A stretch of DNA of 64,000 bases, from contig OX597819.1 of assembly GCA_951406725.2 (NCBI GenBank), forward strand, positions 54,002,001-54,066,000, written 5' to 3'. Under the pieces are notes generated by a model. It worked only from the letters and a program-made list of their open reading frames with translations, had not been told where the DNA came from and searched no databases. The stretch's first letter is position 1; every line of letters begins with the position of its first letter. This DNA is from Octopus vulgaris (lineage: Eukaryota). Positions 11,761-25,125 of this stretch are shown in pieces. The position numbers and the translations under genes were made by a program.

Positions 11761-12299
11761 ATTTGTGTATTTGAACGTTTTGGTTTTACTGAAAACAAGA
11801 GAAAAATCTTTAAAGAAATTAAGAATAACATAATTGTATAATTCTTTGTTGTTAATATGTTTAATACACATGTATTGAGCCTCCAGGTCTAAAGGTGAGG
11901 GTTTAAGACAATTTTTTCTGTTCATGTTCTAAATAAGTGCCATGAGGTGGTTTACTTACTGTTGAGATAGTATATGCACATTATAATTAATGCATTCTCT
12001 TCTAGCTTACTAAACTAGACTCAAAAACTGTAAACTATATCTTCATTTGTTTGAAATAGTATAAGCTCCAGCAAATCAGTAAACAATGATAGTTTTCAAT
12101 AACAGTGTTGGATAAAAAAGAAAACAAACAAAAAAGATGTACACCTACAAATTCATTAATAAGCAAAGGTTCCAGTATCAAATTATGTGACAGTACAATT
12201 GATTAACAAATGGAAAACAGTTATGTATTCAATACTTCTATGACTGTAGTAAGGAGACATACATAGATTGTCTGTATGTGTATGTAATATTTATTACCT

Positions 12300-12895
12300 G
12301 TGTCGCATACCTGGCACCCATGCCAGTGGTACATACACCTGTGGAGCACTGGGCCTTACAGAGTCAATGTGGTTGATGTCAGTGTTGCATAAGTGGTACC
12401 TGTACCAGTGGCACATAAAAAACATCTTTCAAGCATTGGGCCTCACAGAAGCATCTGACACATGCTGGTGGCATGTAAAAAGTACCTGTCAAGCATTGGG
12501 CCTCATGGAGACAATGTGGCCGATGCCATTATCATGTAATTGGCACCTGTGCCAGTGGCATGTAAAAAGCACCCTTCGAGCATTGGGCCTCACAGAGGCA
12601 ATGACAAATGATCAGGACCTTTGGTAATATGCTGTGCTTGAGAAGAAGAACCTTTAAACCAAGTGAAATCGTAGTCATGGTGGATATTGGTATCATGCAA
12701 CTTTTACCTGAGCTGGTGGCACATAAAAGCACTCATTACACTCTGAGAGGTTGGTGTTAGGAAGGGCATCCAGCCATAGAAACCATGCCAAATCAGACTG
12801 GAGTCTGATGCAGTCCCTCAGCTTACCAGCCCTAGTCAAACTGCCCCAACCCATGTCAGCATGGACAACAGACATTAAATGATGATGATGATGAT
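12300..12895 (+). mobile_element. RTE-type 3' UTR with internal tandem motifs
   Basis: Repeated gtgccagtggca...taaaaagcac...ttgggcctcac units, ending in aaatgatgatgatgat. Confidence 0.7.
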
Positions 12896-13719
12896 AGATG
12901 CTTCCTTAACATTTTAGCTTCTCAAATCAGATTTTGGCAAGACAAAATTTCCCTTATGGTTAGTCCACATTATTCTGTAAGGAGAATAGGGTCACTTCCC
13001 CAGTTTCTCTAGTGTGTATATTCCTTCCAGGATGGGATACCAGCCTGTTGCAGGATTACTCATTTTTACTAGTTGAATGGACTGGAGCAACATGAAATAA
13101 AGTGTTTTGCTTAAGAACACAATGCATCATCCAGTCCAGGAATTGAAACCACAATCTTATGATCATGAGTTCAATACCCTAACTGCTAAGCCATGTGCCT
13201 TCAAAGATTTCCCTTATATACAGCAGTAATTTGGTATGAGTAGATGTTATAAGTTGAAGTTGAAAACATAAATGGAGAGTAAGAAGGGAAGTAAAGTATG
13301 GAGTGGAAGTAAACAAAAGAGGGAAGAAGGTGCAGGAGAAAAGATTGTCGATGTAACTGGTTGGCCTAGAAGTGAAATGTTCAACTGAATTAGCTGTAAC
13401 ACTAAAGAGTACTATTGCAAACAATTCATATTATAATGTCACTTCTCTCATTCATGTGGTTTCTAAAAAAAACTCATAGTCATACAATAATAACTTGTGT
13501 AAATGCTTTAGCATTTGACATGTTATATGTTCAAAGTGGTCAGATCTGGCATCTCACACCTCCCCAATAATGTCATTCTAAAAATATACAAGCACATCAT
13601 TGAAATCTTAATGCTACAAAATAATGCATGACTAATTCAAAACAATGTCCACTTTTCCATGATTGTATAGATCGAGTGGAATTTGTTAAAGCGGATTTCC
13701 TACAACCAGATGCCATTTG

Positions 13720-15300
13720 ACAGCTTAATCAGAGTTAGTCAGGTAGTACAGAGATGTGGCATATCTGAAGACTGGTATAGCAGTGTAGTTATCAAGTACT
13801 GCTACAAGGGCAAAGATGATGCTCTACAAAGAGCTTGGTCCATCAAATTGATAGACCAAGTTATGAAAGTAATAGAAAAACATTTAGCACAATTATTTAG
13901 GAAGGGAATTTAGATAAGATACAGTTTGAGTTGGTACAAGGATTAGGGACTACCAACAAGATAACTACACAAGTTCTTAGTAAGCCACTACACCTAATAT
14001 CATGTCTTGTTCTGTTGTCAAATGTTCACTAAGAAATCTAGGTATAGATGAATGATTTGTGAGAGCTATGCAAGTCATGTACAGATATATACTGTCAGCA
14101 AAGTGAAATTAAGCAAAGTGTTCAATGAGGAATTTAGTATGCAAGTAAATATCCATCTTGGCTCAGTTCTCAGCTTCCTTTTGTTTATTGTAGTTCTAGT
14201 CATTATAGAGGATTATAATTTGTTGTCTGGTGGAACTCCTATATGCCATTGATCTAGTTTTCATAACTGACTCTATCAAAGAATGAGAGAAGAATTTCCT
14301 TTTTTTAATTTTTTGGTAGTTGCCAGCAGCCTCTCCATACAATCTTACAGTCTTCCACTCCCCTACTTCAACTCATCTGATGTCTTGAGAGGCCATATGG
14401 ACACCTCATCTGCAGTACCTATCTTTTCATCACTTCTGATCATTCTCTCCCTCTCCTAAATGAGTAACCACGAAGCTCTTCTACAAGAAACTTTGTACCC
14501 CCTTCCACTTCTCTCATACTTACACTCCTCATCCCCTAGTATAAAGCCAACATCCCCTCCCTTGGGTTTCATAGTCTTGAAAGCTTCATGGCAACTTCAA
14601 TAGTGTTGGTGGCACAAAAAAAAAGGCACCTAGTACATACTGTAAAGTGGTTGGCATTAGGAAGGTCACCCAGCCATAGAAACCATGCCTAAACAGACTC
14701 TAGAGCATTTTGCAGTCCTTGGACCCACTGGATCCAGTCAAATTGTCCAACTCATGCCAACATGGATCATTAATGTTAAATGACAATGATGAGACAAAGC
14801 CTAGAATCAAGAGGTCTCAAATTGAACCAAACAATGACAAAAGTTACAGTTAGCAGGAAGGAAGGCAGGATTCTACTGATATCTGTTAAGCGTCCATGCT
14901 GAATGTGCAGAAAAGGTGTCAACAGGAATGCCATTCAGAATATCTACTGTGAACTATGGATACCGAGAGATGTAGTAGGATCACAGGCAGCCAGCCTGAA
15001 AGAAAAGGATGTTGTATGTGGTGGATACACAAAAATAGGTAGCAGTAAAAGTAACCATAAAATGACTTTCTTCAAATGCTTGGAAGGTTCCCAATAAGTA
15101 ATTGACAGTTTTCAAGACCTAGGTGACCTAATTAGCAGTGGCGGTGGGTATTCTAAGAACATTGCAGAGCAAACACAGGTATGAAAAAATTCAGGAATTT
15201 ATTATCTTTGATGGTAACCAAAGAATTTTCCCTGCAAATGAAGAACAAATTGTATGAAGCTTGCATAAGAAGGCAAGTATGCTTTACTAAATGTGCAATG
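13720..15300 (+). mobile_element. Old, degraded RTE LINE with nested insertions
   Basis: Fragments CYKGKDDALQ...IKLIDQVMKVIE, IHLGSVLSFLLFIVVL and CRKGVNRNAI match the RTE RT at 30.2-31.2 kb; many stops. Confidence 0.75.
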
Positions 15301-16162
15301 AGAGTGTGAATGAATGACAGAACACATAACAGGTAGTGAATTGGCAGAGTCATTAGAGAATCAGATGGAATATCTTGCAGTAATTGTTCTGACTCTGCAC
15401 TCCTGAGTTCAAATTCAGCCAAGGTCAACTATGCCTTTTCAGGCTTGATAAAAAAATCACCAGTCCAGTTTGGTGCCCATGTCTATGTATTCTACCTCAA
15501 CCACATGAAATACAAACCTTTTACAAGTCATTCTAGAATAACATGTTTTTGACACAGCCTTTTCCAGATTTCCTGTCCTATCAACTTAGAAGGTATATCT
15601 CAAAATTAAGTAAACTTTTTCACACTCCTCTGACATACATTCTTCAACAGATGATACTCTGACACTAATCCATCATTTTCTGCATGCAAGCCTTGCCCAC
15701 ACAAACTTAAAACTTCCTGCAATCATGTGCATCATCAGAAAACAGAGACTTCAAAACATTGCAATGGAAACTTGACAAACTAGTCTCATTCAGAAGAATT
15801 AAAACATACACTACATTTTTCAAGAAAATAAACCCACAAAACTGCATTCTGTTCAACCTAAGAACAAAAATCAAGTTACAAATGGGAGCCCTGAAACCAG
15901 TTAACATACTAGAAATAGTAGTAACATTTCCCTCAAATCACACATTAATGTCTTTAAAGTACCAGTGGAATACATTAAACAATATATTCTTAGATATATA
16001 ATGCTCAAGATGACAGGTTAGTCATGGTTGGAATGCTTATAATCATTCTGACCAGTTATGGTTGACCGCTGATATTAAACAACCTGATTAAAACCATGTT
16101 TCAAGAAGACATGATCAAAGCATTACAGTGAAGACCATCCCATTATATACAATATATATATA

Positions 16163-16742
16163 CAAGGAGGCCCAAAAGTAGGTTTACAGTTATCACGTAG
16201 GCACTTTAAATTTCTTTTAAAACATTTTATTTAAATTTCTGTCTTACAGTCGTATTGTTTATTCACATCTTAAACAGACAATGCTTAATCTCTCAGATGC
16301 TCAAAATGTCCTCCTTCAACATTGCAACATTCTTCAAACCTCTTCAGAACAATCTGACACACAGTGTGGCACAAATTCAGATCTCCATCAATTTCAGTGA
16401 ATGCGTCAGAAATAAAATCTTTTAATTCATTTACTGTTTTGGGATTCTTCTCATAAACCTTGTTCTTTACAACACCCACCAAAAAACAAAATCCATTGGG
16501 GTCAGGTCAGGTGAACATGGAGGCCATTTGATGCTACCCCATCTTCCAAACCAATGCTGTGTGGAAAGGCTTGGTTAAGGTAGTCTCTTACAGTCAACTG
16601 AAAAAGGAACTTGACAAACTTATCTAAATTAGCATAGCATAATGGTTTCAGGTTTTTTTAATAATTAAGATCAAAACTTAATGAATATATGAATGCAAAA
16701 GAGATAGTTGAATAACTGAAAACCTACTTTTGGGCCACCCTA
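16163..16742 (-). mobile_element. Tc1/mariner transposon remnant
   Basis: TIRs ggcccaaaagtaggtttacagttat / ataactgaaaacctacttttgggcc with TA flanks; minus strand encodes WPPCSPDLTP and VVKNKVYEKNPKTVNELK...GGHFEHL. Confidence 0.9.
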
Positions 16743-17029
16743 TATATATATTTGCAGGATCCAACTGAATCAAGGTATTTCAAGAATAAGCATACCAAGT
16801 TAGGGTTGAGAATAGCATATCCATGTATCAACTGTATATACAGATACTCACGCATGTACTAATGCACATACAGACTTGTCCTACTACTTACATATACATG
16901 TCCATGAACAGATCAACATGCTGATCGATATAAATATTCATGTATGAGTAAAATCACAAATGTACTCAAGGTCCACATTAAGTTGCAGACTCAACACAGG
17001 TAAAGTTCCAGGTATGGTGTAAAATAAGT

Positions 17030-17158
17030 AAGAACACAAATGGATTGAGGCTCACAACAGCTGTTTCAGAAGCATTTTTTATTGATGGATAAATCAATGA
17101 CATCATGAAAAAACCGTCTGAAACAGCTGTAGTGAACCTCAGCTCATTTGTGTACTTA
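17030..17158. repeat. Short palindromic element (~45-bp arms)
   Basis: acacaaatg...acagctgtttcaga / tctgaaacagctgt...catttgtgt; the GAAACAGCTGTA motif resembles the 3' half of a Penelope hammerhead. Confidence 0.65.
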
Positions 17159-18390
17159 ATTATATATATTTCTTTTATCTTTTAATTGTTTGTCATTAGA
17201 CTGTGGCCATGCTGGAGCACCGCCTTGAAGGACTTTTAGTTGAATGAATCGACCCCAGTACTTATATTTTCTTTTAAGCCTGGTACTTATACTATTGGTC
17301 TCTTTTGCTGAACTGCTAAGTTACAAGGGCGTAAACACACCAACATTGGTTGTCAAGTGGTTGTGGGGAACAGTCAGACATGCACACACACACACACACA
17401 CACATGCATCTATAATAATAAATGCCAAAACGAATTTCTGTGTGTCAGTGTGTCACACCTTGGCCCCATCTCTCACTATTCAATGACATTTCTGCTCCTC
17501 TTGCAGGAGTGAGAGCAATAGTAGGCATAGAGATGGTGAGGGCGGTAGTAGATTGACAGTTGAGATGGTAATGAGGTGACAGTAATAGTATGAGCTGTAG
17601 TTGTGATAGAGACAGAGGCGACGGTGATGATGGTGGTGGTGGTGGTGGCGATGGTAGCTGAGACAGTCAAGCATGACAGTGATAGTAAGGGATGTGAAAG
17701 ACAGTGGTGATGGTGGTGGAGGGGAAGGCAGCAAAGTCAAAGGTGTTGATGTTGGTGGCGTCAGAAGTCTGAACGGTGTGTGTATGGCAGTTGTGGTGGC
17801 GGTGATGGTAGTACTGGTGATGGTGATGACTGAAAACAATCAACAGAAAGAGAGAGGGGGAAAAAAGGTTAGACAGGAACAAAAAATTGTACTGATCCCA
17901 CCACCAAATGGGCAGAAAAAATGTTGTTTACTATGAAGCTCTGCAATAAGTTCCAAGTCACATATATCATTGTTTTGATAAAAATTGTTCATTGCTTGAA
18001 AAATATTGGTCAAGTTTGATAAAATTTTATATGTACTCAATGCAAGAAATGTCTTAATTGGGCTCAAGGCCCAATGAAGAGCCCTCCACAGTAGTTATGA
18101 TGATGATGTGCGTGTCTGTGTTTGTACCCCCGCCATCGCTTGACAACCGATGTTGATGTTTACGTCTCTGTAACTTGGTAGTTCAACAAAACAGACTGAT
18201 GGAATAAGTACTAGGCTTACAAAGAATAAGTCCTGGGGTCGATTTCTTCGACTAAAGGTGGTGTTCCAGAATGGCCGCAGTCAAATGCGTGAAACAAGTA
18301 AAAGAGGGAAAAAAGAGAATATATATATAAATAAATATATATATATATACAACAGGCTAGTGAACTCCTTTAGCTTACAGCTGTTTCTTC

Positions 18391-18512
18391 CTTGGTGAGA
18401 CCTAAAGTTCGAAGGTCGTGCTTCACCACCTCGTCCCAGGTTTTCCTGGGTCTACCTCTTCCACAGGTTCCCTCAACTGCTAGGGTGTGGCACTTTTTCA
18501 CACAACTATCTT
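18391..18512 (-). mobile_element. Short RTE fragment, inverted relative to 18969-19090
   Basis: Near-identical reverse complement of the neighbouring RTE copy. Confidence 0.85.
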
Positions 18513-18515
18513 CAC

Positions 18516-18696
18516 AGTTGAGTACCTGAATAACTTACAATATTTTTATTGGAACCTTGAATACGAAGTGCAATTTGTTTGGGGAAAATTTTCATTTGTA
18601 CAAATGCATGACACAAATGTAATTTTTTCCCAAATAAACTGTACTTCATATTTGCAGTTCCGATGAAATTATAGGATGTTATTCAGGCACTCAACT
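18516..18696. repeat. Imperfect ~180-bp hairpin element
   Basis: agttgagtacctgaataac ... gttattcaggcactcaact, with continued internal pairing (gaagtgcaatttgtttggg / cccaaataaactgtacttc). Confidence 0.75.
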
Positions 18697-18916
18697 ATCT
18701 TATGGCAGAAACATCTGTAAGGTAATAACGTTTATAACATAACCATCGTTTTTCCCATGTCATCTCTTTTTCTTATTAGAGCTATATACTCGTCTGATAA
18801 CCTTGTTCTGAGACATGCGTTTTGTTTGTTTGTTTGTTTGTATGTATGTATGTGTGTGTGTGTATGTATGTGTGTATGTATGCATGCATGTGTATATATA
18901 TATATATATATATATT

Positions 18917-19770
18917 GGTGTGCAAGAGAGACGTTTGCGCTGGTATGGTCATGTGACGAGAATGGCTGAAGATAGCTGTGTGAAAAAGTGCCACACCCTA
19001 GCGGTTGAGGGAACCTGTGGAAGAGGTAGACCCAGGAAAACCTGGGACGAGGTGGTGAAGCACGACCTTCGAACTTTAGGTCTCACCAAGGAAATGACTA
19101 GAGACCGAGACCTATGGAAGTATGCTGTGCGTGAGAAGACCCGGCAGGACTAGTGAGACCATAACCCGTGGCCTCTACCTGGGATGTAGCCAGTTGACTT
19201 ATGCATACCTTTTCTTCTTGGGACACAAAACTCCACTTGTGAAGACCCGTTGAGGCAAGTGGAAATCAGAACCAAAATCGAAGTCGATCAACATCAATGG
19301 AAATTGCAGCTGTGATACCAGTGCCGGTGGCACGTAAGCGAACCATCCGATCATGGCCGTTGCCAGCGCCGCCCCGACTGGCCTCCGTGCAGGTGGAATG
19401 TAAAAAGTACCATCCAATCGTGGCCATTGCCAGCCTCACCTGGCCCCCGCACCACCCGACCGTAGCCGTTGCTAGTGCCGCCCCGACTGGCCTCCGTGCC
19501 AGTGGCACGTAAAAAGCACCATCCGATTGTGGCTGTTGCCAGCCTCGCCTGGCCCCCGTGCCGGTGGCATGTAAAAAGCACCATCCGTCCGTGGCCATTT
19601 GCCAGCCCCGTCTGGCACCTGTGCCGGTGGCTCGTAAAAAGCACCCACTACACTCATGGAGTGGTTGGCGTTAGGAAGGGCATCCAGCCGTAGAAACATT
19701 GCCAGATCAGACTGGTCCTGGTGCAACCCATGCTAGCATGGAAAGCGGATGCTAAATGATGATGATGATG
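18917..19770 (+). mobile_element. 5'-truncated RTE LINE
   Basis: GVQERRLRWYGHVTRM...GRGRPRKTWDEVVKHDL...RQD*, 3' UTR with tandem motifs, (GAT)n tail, flanked by TA/TG microsatellites. Confidence 0.92.
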
Positions 19771-19798
19771 TGTGTGTGTGTATGTATATATATATGTG

Positions 19799-19857
<59 letters not shown>

Positions 19858-19870
19858 GTCTATATGTATG

Positions 19871-19953
<83 letters not shown>

Positions 19954-19964
19954 ATATATGTATG

Positions 19965-20025
<61 letters not shown>
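19771..20025. repeat. (TA)n microsatellite
   Basis: About 250 bp of near-continuous TA/TG dinucleotides. Confidence 0.95.
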
Positions 20026-20029
<4 letters not shown>

Positions 20030-20059
20030 AAACAAGTCAAAATAGAAAATGCTAAAATA

Positions 20060-21980
20060 ATTTTATAAAGAACATTTCAGTACCGGTTTCGGTCATTTTG
20101 AGACCTTTTCAACTGTAACGATTAAATAATTAAATTTAGAAAAATTAAAAGAAAAGTTTTTTTAAAGGAATATTTATATAGTGTTCAAATATAAGTGGCA
20201 TTCTGCCTTTCTCTGTCTCCCTTGTTTGCACTTGTGTGTTCGAGTTGTGAATTCTTGGTAGGGTAGAAGAAGAAGAAGGTTGATGAGGAGAGGGGGTGGA
20301 AAAATTTGGGAGTGCCTTGATGGTCGTATTTTGAATGGTCAGTGGCGGCTAGCAGTTGCAGTTCAATTCAGGAGAATATTTCTATTGAAAGGTTTGTTTA
20401 TGGAATTTGCGTAGGTGTTATACTAAAAAGCATTAGTGATAAAGTTAAGAGGTAGAAGGTGGAGAAGAAGAAGAAGAAGAAGAAGAAGAAGAAGAAGAAG
20501 AAGAAGAAGAAGAAGAAGAAGAAGAAGATGACGATGTTGTTGATGATGATGATGAAGAAGAAGAAGAAGGAGAAGAAGAAGATGATGATGGTGATGATGA
20601 TGACGACGATGATGATGATAATGATGATGATGATGAAGAAGAAGAAGAAGAAGAAGAAAAAAGAGAAGGGAGAATATGAGTGGGTGAAAATAGTGAGGTG
20701 TTGTATGACTTGAAGTTGGCACGTTATGGATTATAGCTGTGATTGGGGCTGATTTGTAATGGATTCTTTGGAATGTAATATTTGTGTGTGTATTTCTTTT
20801 ATTCTAAAGTTGAGGTATATTAATTGTTTGTCATAGACCCGTTAAGAAGTGGCCTGTATTTTGTAATAAAGAGAGTTTCTTTATTTATTCGTTGTCTCGA
20901 GGTTGTATCGTCCCTAAATTGGTAGAGGGGGAAAATCCTGAAGCCTGGTGTTTTGTTGTTGGCGCAAGTATCTATGTGTTGGCTGAAAGCTATTTTTCTG
21001 TTTTGGGGAATTTTTATCTGGGATCTGTGGAGGGCCATTCTTTTATGCAAACTATTTTTTGTTTGGCCTATGTACTGCTCTTGACACCCGGAGCAGGTTA
21101 GTGAGTATATTAGGTTCTCCAAGGCACATGTGAAGTTGCTTTTCACTGTAAACCGTTGTCCCTGTTTGAAGGAGAACTCTGATCCCTCAATTAGATAATC
21201 GCATATCCCGCAATTGGGTCTTCCACATTTTTTTACTGTCGGCTTCTGTGTTGAAGAGTGTATTCGGGCTTGTGTTAGGAGACTTTTCATAGATTTAGGC
21301 TGTCTCTTGCTTTTTATGATCGTGTGTGTTTGGAGGATTGTGTTCATTCTGTGGTCTTTTTTTAGGAGGGGTATGTTGTGGAGGATGGTGCCGAAGGCTT
21401 CATTATTGAGAGGGTTGTGTGTGGAGATGTATGGTAAGGCTTTTGGTCGTAAGTTTTTCTTTGATTTGGGATGTCTCAGTTCCTTGATGTTAAGTTGAAG
21501 GGCACGTTGAATGCACATGTCAATAAGTGAAGGTGGGTAGTTCCTGGTGATAAGGGTATCTTTTAGTTCTTGTAGTCATGTGTCTCTGGTGTTTGCATTA
21601 GAAACTATAGTGCATATCCTTTTTGCTAGATTGAAGGGGATATTCATCCTGGTGTGTCTGGGGTGGCATGAATTGAATGGAAGATATTGCTTAGAATCTG
21701 TAGGCTTATAATATATTTCTGTTTCTATTACATTATTAGCTTTCTTAATGAGGATATCGAGGAAGGGGAGTTGTTGCTGGCTATATTCCATCGTGAATTG
21801 GATGTTTACGTCCAGTCCGTTTAAAATTTCTTGGAATTCTATGAGTTTTTCTATATTTTTATGCCAAAGAATGAAACAGTCATCTAGATATCTCTTCCAG
21901 TTGTTTTCTATGTAGATGGAGAAAGGGCTGCCATATCTTTCTAGGACCTTACGATACAGACTGATCTCTAGATATCCTAT

Positions 21981-21982
<2 letters not shown>
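20060..21982 (-). mobile_element. Penelope-like retroelement (RT C-terminus + GIY-YIG endonuclease), 5'-truncated
   Basis: WKRYLDDCF, LPFLDILI and YYKPT (RT); CGRPNCGIC and NLIYSLTCSGCQEQYIGQT...ETLFITKYRPLLN (GIY-YIG); one in-frame stop; hammerhead-like motif at 20078-20115 in the terminal repeat. Confidence 0.93.
20460..20662. repeat. (GAA)n/(GAT)n compound microsatellite
   Basis: More than 20 uninterrupted GAA units followed by mixed GAT/GAA. Confidence 0.95.
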
Positions 21983-22044
<62 letters not shown>

Positions 22045-22075
22045 GTGTATATATATATGTGTGTGTGTGTATGTG

Positions 22076-22106
<31 letters not shown>

Positions 22107-22149
22107 ATATATATGTGTGTGTGTGTGTGTGTATGTATACATATGTATC

Positions 22150-25023
22150 CTTAAATCCTTAAAAATGGGGCATCTACACTAATATGTGAATCCACCTCTG
22201 AAATATGGCACTTGGTCAACAAGGGAGTTCGATGCCGCTGCCCACATCTGTGTCTCCTGTCATGAGGTAGGTTCATCTGGGATCCCCGACAAGAAGAGAT
22301 CCAGTTTAGTTTTAAAGAAGCCCACATCCACACCATGCAAGTCTCTCAGGCATTTAGGGAGGATGTTAAAGAGCTGTGGTCCTCTGAAACCGAAGCTGTT
22401 GCAGTATCTGGTCCTGTATTTTGATGGTGATGTTGGAATCTTTGGCACCATGCAGTGACGCCCCATTCTGCGGTTGGGGTAACTTTGAATGCCAAAGTTT
22501 GGGAAAAGACCCTCCAGGATTTTCCAGATGTATATCACCGCATATCTCTCCCACCTTCGCTCTAGGGAGAAGAGGTTTAATACTTTCAGTCTTTCCCAGT
22601 AGCTGATATTTTGCATTGAGTCGATCTTCTTTGAATTACTTCAAGTTCTGATGTTAGTTTTATATTGTGTGGTAACCATAGTTGGGAGCCGTAGTCCAAG
22701 CGGCTGAGGAAAAAAGTTTTCCAGAGGACCATCAGTGTCTCCTTCTCTCTTGTTCTGAAAGTTCGGAGAATCCATCCAGCTAGCCGTCTGCATTTTATCA
22801 CCAGATTAGTAATATGCATCATTGCTCATATCAATGCCCAGGTCACGCACTGATTTTGACTCAGGGATTGCAATTCTTCCCGGGCCAGTGTATCCAGTCT
22901 GCATGTCATTTACCTTTGTGTGCCAGTAGCGCAGGGCCTGGAACTTACCTGCATTAAACTGCATGTTGTTGTCCTCAGCCCACCTGTATATTGTATCCAA
23001 CTCCTGTTGCAGATGTGCAATATTTCCAGGGTTTTGTATTGTGTGGGAGACTTTTGTGTCATCTGCATAGCTAGCAAGGGTGGCCATCTTAGCAACTGAG
23101 GGCATACCTGAAAGAGCCGCTATGAACAGCAGTGGCCCCAAGACAGTGCCCTGTGGAACACCGCTTGTTATTTGTGTTTCCTTGGAGGTGGCTCCATTGG
23201 TCACAACTGCCTGTCTTCTATCTTTTAGGAAGTTGTGCAGCCACTCTCCAAGTTTTCCGCCTATACCAAGACCATGCAGTTTGTGACAAATCAGACCATG
23301 GTCGACTTTATCAAAGGCTTTTGCAAAGTCAAGATATATCACATCCACATTTGAGCCATTTAGTAGCTGTTTTAACACCCAGTCATAGTGTTGCAGGAGC
23401 TGTGTTAGGCAGCTTCAACCTGGTCGAAATCCATGCTGGGTGTCAGTCAGCAAGTCATTTTCTTCAAGGAACATGATTAGTTTCTTGCGGACTATTCGTT
23501 CCATGACTTTGCTGATGTGTGAGGTCAGAGAGATAGGCCTATAATTTTTAGCATCTGCTCTGCTACCTCCCTTATGGATAGGGCATATTACCCCCTCTTT
23601 CAATTTGACTGGGAGCTTACCACTTGCAAGAAAGCTCTGAAAAAGAAGCTGTAGCAGTTTTGCAAGGGCTCGTTTGCATGATTTGAGAAGGATCGCTGGA
23701 AATCCATCAGGTCCAGCAGCTGAGTTTGTGTCAATCTCATCTATGGCCAGTGTGATATCATCATCTTCAATGTTGATGTACTCAATGTTTGCCTCTTTGG
23801 CCACAGGTAAAGTGGCAAAGAATTCTTCTGGGTTGTTTACTTGCCTGTGTCCTAGAGGTGTAGTGAACACGCTTTGGAACTGTTCATTCAGTATTTCACT
23901 TATCCTCGTAGGATTTCCTGTGAGAGAGCCATCTTTTTGGAAGAGAAGTCCTATTCTCTGGTGCACTGTGGCTGTCTCTTTGGCAAACTTAAAGAAAGCT
24001 TTAGGGTTTGACTTTATATTTTCTATTACCCAAGCTTCTTTATCTGCTCTCTCCTTTTCATGAGACTGATGCAGACTTTTCTCAAATTCCATTAGCATTC
24101 TCTCGAGCTGAGACGTCTCACCACTTTTGGTGTGCTTGCTCAGGTGGTTCGCAATCCTTGTCCATCGTCTCATAAGAATCTTCCTTTCTCTAGGGATCCT
24201 GTTTTTGTTTTTGTGTGTGCTGGCCCTGCACACTGGGACATATTTGTCACATATGGCTTGTATTATGGACATGAAGTGTTTGTGTTTCATGTTAATGTCC
24301 AGTGTGGAGAGACATTTAGGCCAATCCTGTTTGAGGATCTCTTTCTCGATCAACTTCCAATTTGCTTTATGGAAGTTTAAGTTGGAGAGATTGTGGATGC
24401 TTCGTATAGGCTGTGTATCTGTGGGGGCTTTTGGTCCATACATAGACAGCTCTATTATGTTGTGATCCGAGATCATTGTCGGCATCACTTTAACATTATG
24501 GATAATATCCATATTGTTTGTGAAGCAGAGATCCAGTATATTATCTGCCTTTGTTGGTTGCAGCACTATTTGCTCCATGAAAGAGGCATTTGTGAGATGG
24601 AGCAGGAACTCTGCCTGTGCCTGCTGATGGTGTGTCATCCCTGGGAGCATCTTCCCCCCAGGCCATTCCACATTGGGGAAGTTAAAGTCACCCATGAAAA
24701 ATACACTGTTGTGTTGTTCCAGATTGGTGAGAACTTCTCCTATTTTTGTTAGGCAGTCTTCAAACATGCCTGAGTGAATTACGGCATCTGGTGGGCGATA
24801 TGTAGTACATATGACGATATTCAGTTGTCTTATGTGTACAATTTGAGTGTCACACACTGAGTTTGAATATGACAACAGGACCTGGGGCGTGAGGTCATCT
24901 CGGATGTACATTGCAACTCCACCATGGCTCCTCCCTTTTCTATCTGAGCGTATGACTGCATATTGCTGTATGTGTATTTCTGCATCCCCTATATCGGGTC
25001 CAAGATGCGTTTCTGTGAGTGCC
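22150..25023 (-). mobile_element. CR1-group LINE ORF2 (AP endonuclease + RT), frameshifted
   Basis: ETHL...GGVAMY...YRPP...GDFN...SDH (endonuclease); NYRPISLTS, QHGFRPG, YLDFAKAFDKV, SGVPQGTVLGP, YADDTK (RT), spread over four ORFs. Confidence 0.93.
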
Positions 25024-25034
25024 ATGTGTATGTG

Positions 25035-25122
<88 letters not shown>

Positions 25123-25125
<3 letters not shown>

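Noticed and set aside
11789-11925. N-terminal extension of the 198-aa ORF
   Set aside because: Upstream of a clear polypyrimidine/AG acceptor; most likely intron.
17408-18075. Helitron-like start (tctataataataaa) followed by GGT-rich Thr/Val ORFs
   Set aside because: No convincing 3' hairpin-CTAG end found; the ORFs are low-complexity.
19654-20722. ORFs rich in YI, poly-K, poly-L and poly-H
   Set aside because: Translations of (TA)n, (GAA)n and (GAT)n microsatellites; the same applies to similar ORFs throughout the window.
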